Assembly: GCA_008690995.1 (NCBI GenBank)
Contig: VRMN01000001.1
Coordinates: 1,922,001 to 1,986,000, forward strand
Direction of reading: 5' to 3'
DNA length: 64,000 nucleotides
Origin: Porphyridium purpureum
Taxonomy: Eukaryota
Shown: in pieces, positions 41,882-53,839 of the stretch
Position numbering within the stretch: position 1 is the first letter of the stretch
Layout: every line of letters begins with the position of its first letter
The notes under the pieces: generated by a model
Databases searched by the model: none
What the model saw: the letters and a program-made list of their open reading frames with translations, nothing else
Told to the model about the DNA's origin: nothing
Made by a program: the position numbers and the translations under genes

Positions 41882-42912
41882 TCCAACACTCTGTCCCTGA
41901 GCTCTCGTGCCCTGGGCGACGTCGAGATTCCAGGACTCCAACTTGTTCGACCTCGCACGTCGAGTACGCGACTTTGCACGCGAGACAAGAAAAGTACACA
42001 ACTGTACCATATTAAAAGTACAGCTGTTCCTATGCGGGTGTACTAAAGGTTCAGTGGAAGGTTTGCGTTGACTGCAGGTGCGTGGGCACTCGCTTGCAGC
42101 AGGGAGAGGAGCCTGCTCATGTTGTGGTGGCATGGCGCGCCTGCCTCGTGCGAAGCAACGCACACTTATACAGTGTTTACGCACATCACGTGCATCATGT
42201 TTGCAGGAGGTCTGCACACAGAGCCAGAAGCTGGCGTGGAATTCGGGTTGTGCGCAGCGGGATGCACCAGCCCATGCGGTGCGATGCTGCGCCAGGGTTA
42301 TTTGTTTGTCCACCCGTTGATATTGTTCGGCTGACTGGAGACAAAGCCAATTTGGCTCAGATATCACATCCGCCGTGCGTGTACAATGTGCGCGCACCCG
42401 TTGTGATCGTCAGATTATTCTGAACGTACATCTTAAAAAGCATTTGTTCCCAACGGCTCAACGCTGATTCGACTCTGCGACAGCTTCGAAGGTTTCACTA
42501 GTGGTTTGAGATGATGCATTTTGTCTTTGGCATTCTCCATTCATCATCGCCAAGGGGTTCCTTTGTGTGTTTTCGGGGAGACTGCATGTTGCATGGCGTA
42601 GTGCACTGCGGATCCGGGATTCGGCCGCTCTCTCCAAATTGACCTTCGAAGGTATATGGCAGAAACTGCTCTGCATCCTCTGGCAGCGGAAGTCCAAGCA
42701 GAGACACAGGAGAGCAGATAGAGCAAAATCAACTGCACAGACAAGCCAAAACTGAAAGCGGAGTGAGTTTAGAGAGACATACTGCGCACCCCAATGGTCG
42801 GGATGTGAGATGAAGAGCTGCGTAACCGGTTTTCATTGACCAGGAGCACCAGCGCAGAGGAGTAACGTGGACATCTGCAAACGCCCAAACGAAACTTCAG
42901 AAGGTTAAGACG

Positions 42913-43138
42913 ATGACGACGCGTGTAGTCATTCCTGTGCAATGGCCGGGCTCTGAGCTCAAGATCAGTCGGAAAACCCAGATCGTTGTAATTGAAGCAG
43001 ATCTTCTGTTACCGGGCGTGCAGGTGTAAAGCCTGCGATTTGCTCTTTGCGTATCATAACTTCACGTCCTTTGACCTGCCGTTTCTGGAGCGTATCCCAG
43101 AGGTCGATGAAGACGATGAGCAGAAGCTAGAAAAGTGA
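42913..43138 (+). pseudogene. Frameshifted third member of the CxxC-x16-LxxIxE family
   Basis: The ATG 42913 frame stops at ...LLPGVQV*; the +1 frame reads RCKAC-DLLFAYHNFTSFDLPF-LERIPEVDEDDEQKLEK* (stop at 43136-43138). Confidence 0.45.
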
Positions 43139-43392
43139 AAGCTCGAACCCTTGGAAATAGTCTTGGAAGAATTGTGGACCCTGTCGAGCCGCTGCGAGTC
43201 GCGTTGACATAAAAGAACATCGTCTCGCCAAGTGACTAGAGCTCGATTGCAAAGTCGTGAACGAAAGGGACCTGCACTGTACTCAACCCACGAACTGTAC
43301 TTTGAGCAGGACGCTTGCAGTCCGGGGCAATTGGACCCCGGGGCTTGGTGGAGAGTCGAGAGACAAGCAGCGGAAGCTCCGCGTGGTTGGGA

Positions 43393-45450
43393 ATGGAGCC
43401 GGCCTTGGCTGATTCCGAAAGTTCAGTAGCCATCCGTGCGGCAGCTGTTATTAACTCGCATGCAGATGTTGCCAGCGCCGCAGGCGGGTGGATGATCGAA
43501 TTGTCGACAAAGCCATTCGGAGGCCGCATTGCGCGCGCGAACTTTGACGCGGTGTGTCGCGCGTTTCAAGAACTGGTGCGTGAAGACGCAATTGATCTCA
43601 GCGTCGTACGAGACGTGCTGCGGATCATACATCAAACGCGCATTCTGGCTGTGCACCCAAAGTGCGACCTGCGTCAGAGCGGACAAATCGAAGCCGCTGT
43701 GGTCGACGAACTGCGCGAGTGGCTGGACGTGCTTTCACAATTACTCGTGAACAGTTTGGATCACGTCACAGGTACGACCAATCCAGAGACTGCTCCGCAT
43801 GCGGACGCGATTATGCTACCTTACACATCATATCGCAGGAGTAAGTAACGCTTTCCAGCAGAGTATTCTGTTTCTCCGTTCTTGGTCATGGAAATTGAGG
43901 CATTGTGCCCGTTTGCAAGCCCGTACCATGCTCCGCGAAAGCAATCATGTGCCGCTGAGTACGATGAAGAAGTCGTTGTTGCTGAGGAGTTTGCAAATAC
44001 CCTTTTGTTTGCTAGCAGCAGCGATACAAAAAATGCGCCGCCAGAAACGCTCGCACGCGCTCTGCATCGTCTCGCGGTGTCGGATGAGTTTCTTGACGTG
44101 GCCATTACGTGTGCGCAGGACGAGAGTGATGAGGATGCAGAGTCCGTGCCTGAGAAAGACGAGAACGACACAGAAAGTTCCAGTGAGACAGAACGGGGTG
44201 TCGGTGTCGAGCGAGAGGAACAGAGGGCAGAGAAATCTGTGGTGCGCGCCAACTCGCTCCTTCTTAGTGCGGCTTCCGAATACTTTGCAGCATTCCTTCA
44301 AAATGGGTGGAGTCAGTGTGCTCTGACAGAAGTGGCTGCTGCTGCCGAGTTAGTGCCGTCGAGTAGACGCCCGCTTCAATATCAGCATGTGCTGGTGAAG
44401 CCGAACGTGAAGCGTTCGGTGATGAGAACGATTGTGTCCTTCTGCCAGCGCGAGCCCGTAGATTTGACAATTGCAAATTGCCTCGAAGTGCTCATTGCGG
44501 CTGACGAACTCCAGCTAAACGAGCTTGTTGATTTCGCGAGCGCATACTTGCACAACGAGCTCGTTGATAGATACCCGCTCGAAACGATGGACATGCTACC
44601 ACCCAACCTAAACCTGCCCGTGTTGCATGAGATCGACTCGGCCTGCTTAGCTAGGGTGCAAGCAAACTTCCAACATATCCTTGGCTCTCAAGAGCGGTTG
44701 ATGGGGTTGCAACCTTACACTTTGGTACGTCTGCTCAGTGTCTCTGGTATCGTAACATGTGTGATCCCGGAGACGCTTATCTGGAACATTGTGCTGGCAT
44801 ATGCAAGCGAGCGAGTCAGCCAAGAAGCGTCAGCCGCGAATGAGTCGTTATCTCAAGTTCTAAGTCCATTAATACGGCAAGGAGCTGTGCGTTTGCTAGA
44901 CCTGAACACCTTCTTTGTTGCTCAAAATATCGAGCCATTAGGCGTTCTTGACCGTGATCTGCTTTTGTTCAAGTACCGTTTTGACGCCATGCTGGCCGCG
45001 GGTATGCGTCGGCGACTGTTCAAAGAGCGCAAGCTCTGGCAGAGGCACACAAGACGAGCACCTGTCGTATGGGAGAGCTCGCATCCTCATGCTGTGGACG
45101 TAAGTCCCGCCGAGCCCATGCGTTTCAGCATGTGCGCTCCCCGGTGGGCATCGCGAATCATGGCCGTGATAGATTCACGTACGCAGCTGAGCAATGGTGC
45201 CCAGATTGGTTTCTTTGTCAATCCTCAAGCGCGTTCAGACGAGTGGAGATCCGCTACTTTTTCAATGCAGCTAGTTGAAGTTTATTCGAATGAATCGGAG
45301 GCGTTCCGAACCACACGTAAGACCACCAAAATGTTGGCCATTGAGCATCGGGAGCTGAGCTTGCTCTTCGTTTCATACAAGGAGGGAATGGACCGAGAAG
45401 GCATCACTCCCGGCTGGGGATTCAAAGTGACGCTCTACCCGGTGTTTTGA
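43393..45450 (+). CDS. BTB/POZ-BACK domain protein, two exons (43393-43771, 43859-45450)
   Basis: DVAITC, ANSLLLSAASEYFAAFL and NCLEVLIAADELQL. The two same-frame ORFs are split by one TAA, which a putative 87-nt intron removes (CAG|GTACGA ... TAAC-GCTTTCCAG). Confidence 0.75.
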
Positions 45451-45818
45451 GGCGTCTCCTTTCTTATCTACTAGGAGTCGCTACTAGTGTTCTGAGTAAT
45501 TTGTTCATCATAGTCGAGCAATAGTATCATGCATTCTGCAATCATGATTTGGAAAAGGGCTTGGCTGGATCATTGCACTAGAGCAAACCGGACACAGAAA
45601 CCCGTATTTGTGCGAAACCTTGACAAACGTGGCTAGTGATGAAATGACTTCTGCGTCAGAGTTACTTCTTCGATCTGCCGAGGTAGGCGAACATGGAGCA
45701 CCTTGAGACAACTACTATGGCGGTCTTTGCTCTAATTGGAACTTGAACATTGAAGCTCTCCATACTCAATCTGCATCAACAAGTCCTAGATTTAGTATGC
45801 TTCTCCGTTCCACTATTT

Positions 45819-47861
45819 TCAACGCTGAGAAAGTCTGTCTAGTTCTGCTTTTGCCTGGACGACTTGACGTCGGTATTTGGCGATTTCGTCATCCAAGGGG
45901 CCCACAGTATTGCGAACGTCTGCCTGGTTTCTCCTGTTCGCGCCGCTCGCACCCGACTGTATCATCGCGAACTTCTGGGCCTCCGCAATCTCAATGCTGA
46001 CTTGCAAGTCTTGGATCTGCAGCTGGAGTAAATCTCGACGTATCCGTTTGCCCGTTGCCGACATCTCCTCATCCGACTCTAAGATCGCACTATTTGAAAA
46101 AAGACTTCCGGAGTCACTGCCGGCCGAAGAAGCGTATCCCGCACGCGACGAGAGACTTGCCGCTCGCATGACGGTCGAACTCTCGGGTCCAGTCCGGACG
46201 AGGTCCCGCTTTTCACTCGAGACTTGTTCCTGCACAGAACCACGGCCATCGCCTGCACGATCACGACCGGCCGCAGCACTTGTTCCCATGTTTGGACTCG
46301 TTCGCGAGATATCACTCTGTATTTCTTGGTGTAAAAAGCCAAACCCGCCTTGCTCGACCTTGTGACCCGCGGTTTCTGTCGCCGGCTTAGTTCCAAGCTG
46401 AACTTGCGGGGCATTTGAAACGTGGCTGTTTTCGACATGAGTGGCACTAGGGACGGTGCGCTGTTGCTGGCCACGCGTCGAAGACGGGGCGACAGGGTCA
46501 ATCGAAGTCTCTCGCGCGCGCGCGGTTCCAATTTGATTGTTCTCCTGTGCCCGTCGATCTTCTCGCAAACGCAAGATGCCCTCCTGAATGTGCGCGCTCG
46601 CGTCATTCTGCTCACTGACAAATCGCTGCCGCTCGGCACGCAGCAACACCACTTCTTCCTCGAATTCATTTTCTTTAGTGCGCAAGTCCATCCAACGTCG
46701 CTCAAGAGCTTGACGAGACCGTGCAAGCTCCAACTCAAGTGTGTCAAGCTCTGTCTTGCGCCTGATGACCCCCATTTCCTCCTGCCGCAATCGCGCTTCG
46801 CGCTCACGGATTAATTTTCTGCTCGCTTCGACCTCGTGTGCCGTCTCACTGACAACGCTCTCGCGGCCTTCGAGCTCTTCGCGCAGACGCTCTCCTTGAA
46901 CCTCCTGCGCGGCCAGGCGCTCCTCCCTCAACCGAGCTTGCTTCAAGCGCTTCTGAAGGCCGCTTTCCTGGTCCTCAAGGGACAGCCGCAGCTCAGCGAG
47001 GTTCTGCTTGTGCTCGAGTAAAGACTGTTTGATCATGTCGACGCTCGAGGCGTGGGTTTCCAGTACGCTCTTCTGTGCGTCCAGCGCTGCTTTCTCGGCG
47101 TCCAGCTGCGCGCTTTGCTGCTCTGCCTGATGCCTTGCGAGCCGCGCGGCGGCCCAATTTTGCTCAATGCTTGAAGAGACGCGCTCCATGCGCGCTGTGA
47201 GCTCATTTGGATTCAGTTCGCGCAAAAGGTTTTGCATCGCGCGAACGTCAAGGTCGGAGTCAATCTGCATTGTGAGCGATGTTTGGCGATCCGAATCGGG
47301 ATGCAATACAATGTCACGTTCCTGTTCGACCACATCGAGCGCGCGACGTACGGAACGCGCCGCCTGGACAAACGCAAGTACGTCCGTGCCAAGCACTCCC
47401 AGCGCATCCCAAGTGCGCGACGCCTCCCGTACCTGAGCCTCGCGCCGAGTCAGTTGTGCCTCACGCTCATCCAAGCGTCTTTGAGTGCGGTCCACCTCCT
47501 CCTGCCGCCTCCTTGCCCGCTCCATGAGCTCACGGCTCTCCTGCAAAGGAGCAATGTGCTCTGCGCGCAACGCATTCAATTCGTCCAGCGCCGCCTGCCG
47601 CTGCACCAAAATAGCCGCCGAGTCGCGCATACGCTCATCAATCTCCTCGTACGCCGCGCGACGCGCTTGCCTGAGCATCTTCAACTCTGCGTGCGACGCG
47701 CGCGGCGCGTCGTGCCGTGTACGATCGTGCTCGTCATCCGGCGCCTCGGACCCTTCATCGGACTCGGAGGACCAAAAACGCTCCACTTCCACGCTCTGCA
47801 ACTGCCGCGCAAGCGCCGCCGCTCGTGACGAGCGTTCACGAAGCGAGGCGGCCATTGACAT
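45819..47861 (-). CDS. Long coiled-coil hypothetical protein
   Basis: ~680 aa ORF, E/R/L/Q-rich heptad-like sequence; no family recognised. Confidence 0.75.
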   Translation of the reverse strand: MSMAASLRERSSRAAALARQLQSVEVERFWSSESDEGSEAPDDEHDRTRHDAPRASHAELKMLRQARRAAYEEIDERMRDSAAILVQRQAALDELNALRAEHIAPLQESRELMERARRRQEEVDRTQRRLDEREAQLTRREAQVREASRTWDALGVLGTDVLAFVQAARSVRRALDVVEQERDIVLHPDSDRQTSLTMQIDSDLDVRAMQNLLRELNPNELTARMERVSSSIEQNWAAARLARHQAEQQSAQLDAEKAALDAQKSVLETHASSVDMIKQSLLEHKQNLAELRLSLEDQESGLQKRLKQARLREERLAAQEVQGERLREELEGRESVVSETAHEVEASRKLIREREARLRQEEMGVIRRKTELDTLELELARSRQALERRWMDLRTKENEFEEEVVLLRAERQRFVSEQNDASAHIQEGILRLREDRRAQENNQIGTARARETSIDPVAPSSTRGQQQRTVPSATHVENSHVSNAPQVQLGTKPATETAGHKVEQGGFGFLHQEIQSDISRTSPNMGTSAAAGRDRAGDGRGSVQEQVSSEKRDLVRTGPESSTVMRAASLSSRAGYASSAGSDSGSLFSNSAILESDEEMSATGKRIRRDLLQLQIQDLQVSIEIAEAQKFAMIQSGASGANRRNQADVRNTVGPLDDEIAKYRRQVVQAKAELDRLSQR

Positions 47862-49049
47862 TATCCCCTCGAAAACCCAACCGCGTGCGCAGAGTCCATC
47901 CTCATCCACCACGTGCCAACTCCCTCATCCACGCTTCCTCCCGCTCAACTCGCGCCCCCATTCCCCCCCCAGAACTCGCCGGAGGTACAGTGCATTTCAT
48001 CTGAGTTCTTGCAATGCATTACATACGAATGCTTCATTTCTTATGTCATGCCACATTGCATTGTAATTGCATTCCATAAGGTTTAAGAACGAGGAGGTAC
48101 TGTGAGCACAGCTGTTCGGTCGTCGCCGCTGAAGGCCGAGGCGCACAGGCGAGAAGAAGACGGCGGTGGTTGTTGTGTCGCGAGACCCTCGATGGATTCG
48201 TCGCTGGTCCTTTTGTGACGCGTGTAGCTGCGCCACGTGGGGCACATGATGTACGTTATTGTCTAGACTTTGCGGGTTTATTTTTCCTCTCGTACCAGGA
48301 CGCTCGACTTATTTGCAATGGAGTGAATCGCGCACGTGCGTCCCTCGGGGCGCCGCGCGGGTGTTGGCTGGGCCAAGTGATGCATATCAACTTGTCAAAA
48401 CGGATTTCCCGGCATAAGTCTCTTTTCAAGAGCGTGATGAATCAAACGGTACATGCATCACCACGCTGATGACCCAGCCATGCAGCTCCTCGGCAGACCG
48501 GAAAATGTCATATTCGGTATTTTCTCTCGCGTCGATCTGATCGGTAGTGTGCGAGCAGAAGAGCAATGTAGCTAACACTTGCGCAACATGTCGCGATCTT
48601 TCTACCTTTCATATCGCTTTTCACCCCGTTGTCTTACATCTGCAGTTGATCAAGTTTGAGCTTTACCGAGTGCAAAGGACCTTGCAGCAGTCTTGCACGA
48701 CGGTCATGACGGTCAGCGGCTCCAAAATCGGCTGGTCTTTCTCCCTCATCGCCAGTTCATGAGCAAGCGCGGCGCGAAACAAAGAAGAAGACGAATCGAA
48801 AAAGTCAGCTAGAATCCGTACTTTAGTTTACGTGTATTTAACAACATACGGCAACCATCCTCTCCCTTTTCCATCTGCTCCATGCGGCAGGCCAGCCGAA
48901 CGCCTTCCAGGTTTGACGCTGGAATAACGTCACGAAATTCGTCGCTGCTCTTTGTCATGCGGAACGCGTCCTTCACCACGCCGCGAGCCCGCGACCCGCG
49001 GCGTGTGCACAGCGCATGGCCAAAGCCTGTGCGTCAGAACACGCATAGG

Positions 49050-50381
49050 TTACCTGAAAGAGCGGATTTCGTCCTCTGTGAGAAAGCCTTCTAAAAATGT
49101 GCGGTTCGCATCGCGGAAGGGCCGCCTCTCCCAGCTGTTAACGTCAAAGTAAATGTATGCTCCTTGGCTCTCGAACCCACCCATTTGAGTGCCCGGCACT
49201 TGCGCAAACCACAGCTTGAGCTCGCGATGGTACTGCCAATGCCGGTTGTATAGCTCGAGTGCGGCGTACACCTGTAAGGCGTCTCTCGGCATGCTGTAAA
49301 AAATGTAGAACAATGTCTCCACATTGAAGCGCGCGAAATGAACACCCTTGAGAGGCGGCGGCGAGACTCGGTAGCATTCTGGGATCCGAAAGTCCGGTTC
49401 CGTGTCCTGTCCGGCTGCGTTTTCGCTGAATACACTCTCCATCGACGCGTACAAAGGGTCGGCAGAGTTCAGATTCAGGCCTAGTCTAGTGAGATCCAGG
49501 CCGACCGAAAGCAACAGTAGTTTGGCGTTCTCCGGACCTGGGTTCATAGTGCGTAACAGGCCACGGATCCCAAAAAACTCTTCGCGAGCCTTCTCGGGGG
49601 AAGTTCCGATCGCGCCCGCGCTGCCTGCCGGACCGGTCCGCGGCGCAGAAGCTCCCATACCGCTTCCGCCTGACGTTGCAGCTGAAGAAAAGGCGGAACT
49701 CTCTTGAGAGTTAGCCGTACCAGACTTTTGCGCTGATGCTGACGACGACACGGCGTATCCACCCAAGCTTGACTGCATGGCTGAGGCGTTCTCGTGGCCA
49801 TTATGATACAAAGACGCGTTATGGTATTCATCGCCAGGAGCGGAGCTCATCGTGCTCTCTTTCGACGGCGCCGAGACCGCTTTTCTTGATCCACCTAGTG
49901 CCGGAAAGTCCTCATTACTTACTGTAAATTCTGGGCTCGAAGTCACCGGCGGGCGCGTGTCGCGATAGAAATGTGCATTGTACGCACCGAACGCCCCGGG
50001 CGGGCCCATGCCCGAACCTGGCCCAGCAAAGGCCGCGGAGCTGCTTCCATTAGCGCTTGCGACGGGACTGCTGTGGCTTGCGGGCGCTCCCAGCGACGGG
50101 AACTCGCGCATATCCAGTGTTACGCCGTTTTGACCGCTCATCCCTTGCGACGGCATCGACATACCACCCATCCGAGAGGGAGACATCCGTTGCTGGTGCT
50201 GCTGCGGCGGCGGCGTTCCACCCATCATCCCGTCCATTGACATGACGCCGGCCGGCACGTGCATTTGGCCGGCAGATCGCGCCGCCGCCACGTCGGCAAA
50301 CGCTGAGGAGGTACCCATTCCATGTGCTGGGCCGGAGCCCGTACCCCCCGCGGACCACACACTATTCGTTCCGTTGTTCAT
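49050..50381 (-). CDS. NOT2: CCR4-NOT complex subunit NOT2
   Basis: EDFPAL, FGIRGLL, GLDLTRLGLNLNS, and NOT box ETLFYIFYSMPRD...ELYNRHWQYHRELKLW. Confidence 0.92.
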   Translation of the reverse strand: MNNGTNSVWSAGGTGSGPAHGMGTSSAFADVAAARSAGQMHVPAGVMSMDGMMGGTPPPQQHQQRMSPSRMGGMSMPSQGMSGQNGVTLDMREFPSLGAPASHSSPVASANGSSSAAFAGPGSGMGPPGAFGAYNAHFYRDTRPPVTSSPEFTVSNEDFPALGGSRKAVSAPSKESTMSSAPGDEYHNASLYHNGHENASAMQSSLGGYAVSSSASAQKSGTANSQESSAFSSAATSGGSGMGASAPRTGPAGSAGAIGTSPEKAREEFFGIRGLLRTMNPGPENAKLLLLSVGLDLTRLGLNLNSADPLYASMESVFSENAAGQDTEPDFRIPECYRVSPPPLKGVHFARFNVETLFYIFYSMPRDALQVYAALELYNRHWQYHRELKLWFAQVPGTQMGGFESQGAYIYFDVNSWERRPFRDANRTFLEGFLTEDEIRSFR

Positions 50382-50820
50382 CTATATGACTCGCCGCGCT
50401 CCCAATGCTCGTCATGCCACCTGGACTGCCGTGCCCCTCGTGTCGTCACGCTGCCACAGCTGCCGTCCAATCGCGCCCCGCGCATCTATCTCCTCCTTCC
50501 GTACTGCCGGCCCTCGCGCGCCTCCGTCTCCTCGCGCCCGCACGTTCCCCCCCTCGTTCTACTCCACGTTTCCTCCGTCTCCCGCCGTTCCCACCCACCC
50601 ACCGCCCCCTTCCCTCTTCAACCCGCGTCTCCCCGCACTCGACCTTCGCGCGCACTTGGCCGAAACCCTACACCGCGACGAAACGCCCAGTAGAGAATGA
50701 ACGCTCGTCTAAGGGACCTTCTTTTTTCATTTCAGGAATGCGACGAATAAACAAAGGATCAAACAAATAGATGCGGTGAGGCCGCGTACACCCGCACTAA
50801 CCGCGCAGCCGCATACACAC

Positions 50821-50844
50821 ACGCACGCACGCACGCACGCACGC
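50821..50844. repeat. (ACGC)6 microsatellite
   Basis: Direct reading of the sequence. Confidence 0.9.
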
Positions 50845-51026
50845 AGGCTTGCACACCCCAAACCTTTCTTGGCAGATCAGCATGGCTCGAGCTGTGCTCC
50901 TCCTGCTTCGGTGCTGCATGGATCTCACATGCGTTCGGAAGTCCGCGTCACAGCGAGCGTGCCGGTAACAGGCAGTAGGCCGTCAATGCCTGGGCCCGCA
51001 ACCTCCGGATAATGAGCGCTGAATGC

Positions 51027-52558
51027 TTACTCGTTGTTGACCTCGCGGCCCTCGCTTCCAGACGATTCAGATTCATGATCAACGCTCGCTATGCCGTCAC
51101 GCTCGCAAATCATTGCCTGCAGAGCTTCTACTTCCTCCTCCAGAGAATCGCTCGTGTGCACGCTGAACAAAGGGGCGCCTACCAAAGGAAAGTACTTTGA
51201 CATGTACGCGTGCCAGTGCGCAGCAAAGCCAGTGCAGGCCGCGCGCATACTCTCGATGGCCTGACCCGATGTGCTAAAGCTGAGCGAGAAGCTATATACG
51301 GCGGTCTCTACACGACGTAGACCATTTTTCATAATACAATGCAGCGATTCGTGCGTTGCCCAGGCGCCAGAATCTACATCAACATAGTCTTCATCCTCCC
51401 CAGTCAAGTCCTCTACAGCTGGCGACTCCTGAGGGGGCTCGCTCATGTCCATGCTGAGCAAGGGGCCACCTCCGTCTGGAAATGTGGCTAATATCATCAG
51501 ATTCCAATAAAGAATAACTGATGAACAAGCTTTCCTGATTTCACCAAGTGCCTGACCTCGTGTCACAGAACCATTCAGCATAGAAACGATGGTGCTCTTC
51601 GCATTCGTCCCAAGGAAACGCATCGCTAGCTCATTCATGCAAAGCTCCCGAAAATCATCGGCAGACACCACACCCAACGAATACTGTGCGCGATGCCACG
51701 CGTAAGCAGACTTTCGACGCGGGTTCTTCTTGATCGCGAAGGTACGAAACATCCTGTCGGCCCTCGGCACGTCAGAACGTCTGCGTGGTGGCGCCCCGCA
51801 CTACTGATCCTTTCGCAAGATCAGGACTGTTGTTTTATAGACGCCTGTCCATTCGCTCAATGATCTCTTTCGCGAAGTTTGAACCGACTTCCACCTGTGT
51901 GACTTGTCGAATCCACAGAGACGCGCGGTGCTACACACCGACGTCAGCGCACATCAAAACGGTGGCAGACGGCGCATTCCAATTCTGTTGCCAGACAAGT
52001 GCCTACAAACAACAGAATAGCCATGACGTGTCAGAGGTAAGGACCAGGCCATGCCCGATCTCCTCTGGTTTGATATAAACTCCTTTCGATACATCAGAAA
52101 GCAGGCTCGGGAAGGACTGGTGCTAGGGCAAAGATCCGATTTTGCTTCCACCAGCGTCGCTGTGGGACGAAAAAAAAACCGTTCAAAATCATAAATCTCC
52201 AGTGTTTACTGATAAAATTATTCCAGCCCACAAATCGCGACGGGTTGTTATGGTTTCGACGATCGCGCTCTCTCAGTGTGCACATAACCGATCGTCATTC
52301 TTCCCGTCCGCGGGTGCGACAAGGTTCGCATACAGAAGTGACCGAGAAGCGCGAGTCTTGCCCGTGTAAGCGCGATCCAGCGACGACACACTTCTTTTTC
52401 AGCGCAGTCCGCAGCGAGAGCTTTCTGTGCTTCGATGCCGCCACAGCTGCACAGCTTGAGAAGATCGGTGCGAGTACGCTGTCTAATGTCGCACTCAGCA
52501 AACAGCGGTCCTTCAGTTTGTTAAGCAAATACGCTCGCACCGAATATGTATTTATCAT
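51027..52558 (-). pseudogene. Putative decayed gene; the 3' ~240 codons (51027-51770) are still open
   Basis: Consecutive minus-strand ORF fragments; 52558-52295 and 52285-52094 are in the same frame, split by one TGA; A9 run at 52170-52178; further stops near 51800. Confidence 0.35.
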
Positions 52559-52699
52559 TAGGACTATTAAATGAAGGACTAGACGTGGGGAAAGAATCTC
52601 GCCATGCCCGCTCTTGGAACCCGCGCCTCTGCGTGCTTACGCGCATCACACATCATATCCTGTTGGCTCAACGCAAGTTGGGATCGTGGCGCTCTATTC

Positions 52700-53839
52700 T
52701 TAGAAATTTAAGTATGTCAGCCAATCGTCTCCCGCATCCTCGGCGACGTGCTGCTCCAATTTGTCGTTTGGAGCAAGGATTTCGAAAATTTCATCCTGTG
52801 TGGTAGCCGAACCCGGCTCACTAGTGCTTTCCAAACTCTGGACAGACAAGCCTCCATCCCCCATATCAGAAATGTGAACTCCCTCTTCGGGATTCATTGT
52901 GTGTACGCTGAACAACAAAAACTGTCTCTTTGGACGACACTCGGCCATGCGCGAAATTCCCTGTGTAGCTAATCCTGGACAAGCTTCGCCAATGTCGCAA
53001 ATATCATCCATATTCTGCGCAATAGACCCGATTGATTCAGGAAGTGGGGAGGCCAAAGATGGCGTTTCAAGCTCATTCACAAAGGACTCTGGCGAATCAT
53101 GTTCAGAAGACGAGTCCGACCCTGCATCACCATCCAAGGTGGCGCAGACTGGAGGAATCTCAGAATGGGTGGAGGAAGAGCAAAGCAAGCCCGACAGCTT
53201 CGTTTTCTTCAATAAACGCTTTGCTGCTTTCTTTTCCCGATCCTTTCTTTGGCGTTCCAAGATTTGGGGTTTCTCCGCGGCCTGCCATGATCCCGCAGGC
53301 CAGTCCGTGTTCAGTAGCCATGCCCATTTCGATCTCCGACCCGTATTCTTCTTTTCCACCGGGGCCGTGCTTATGCTGTGGCCGATCAAAAGGCCCCTTC
53401 TTCCAGAGACCGGTTGTACAGTAGCATTCCCAGCCACAACTCTCTCTGCGTAAGCCTTGCACTCCTTGTCAACATTCTGCTCTGAGGTGAAGTGATCGGG
53501 TGAAGAATCGGTCATCCACGTATCATCCATTCGACGCTGTGGTGCTTCGTATGCGAACGTCGTGTCACACCCTGCTGGAAGGTACAAGCTCGGCCGTACG
53601 CCTTCGAACCCAGAGCGTGGAGAGGAAGATGAAGACACATCGCTCACACACTGGATCGCTTTCACACGCCGAGCAGCCTTCTTTTGCCGATCTGATCGTT
53701 GGCGTTTCTGAATTCGCGACTTCTCCTCATCCTCCCAGGATCCCTCAGGCCAGGAATTCTCCAACAGCCATGCCCACTTGGACCTCCGACCCGTCCTCCT
53801 GGCGGCAGATGTTGCACGGTTCGCAGTGGCCTCTTCCAT
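52700..53839 (-). CDS. Hypothetical protein with two copies of a Trp-rich ~43 aa repeat
   Basis: TGRRSKWAWLL...WP.GSW...EK..I..RQR.DR.KKAA.R occurs twice; acidic C-terminus ending DWLTYLNF; minus-strand TATAAA at 54050-54055. Confidence 0.75.
   Translation of the reverse strand: MEEATANRATSAARRTGRRSKWAWLLENSWPEGSWEDEEKSRIQKRQRSDRQKKAARRVKAIQCVSDVSSSSSPRSGFEGVRPSLYLPAGCDTTFAYEAPQRRMDDTWMTDSSPDHFTSEQNVDKECKAYAERVVAGNATVQPVSGRRGLLIGHSISTAPVEKKNTGRRSKWAWLLNTDWPAGSWQAAEKPQILERQRKDREKKAAKRLLKKTKLSGLLCSSSTHSEIPPVCATLDGDAGSDSSSEHDSPESFVNELETPSLASPLPESIGSIAQNMDDICDIGEACPGLATQGISRMAECRPKRQFLLFSVHTMNPEEGVHISDMGDGGLSVQSLESTSEPGSATTQDEIFEILAPNDKLEQHVAEDAGDDWLTYLNF

Noticed and set aside
45508..45711. FLCPVCSSAMIQP, a RING/U-box-like fragment
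   Set aside because: Non-ATG 67-aa ORF lacking the remaining ligands; no clear splice link to neighbouring genes.
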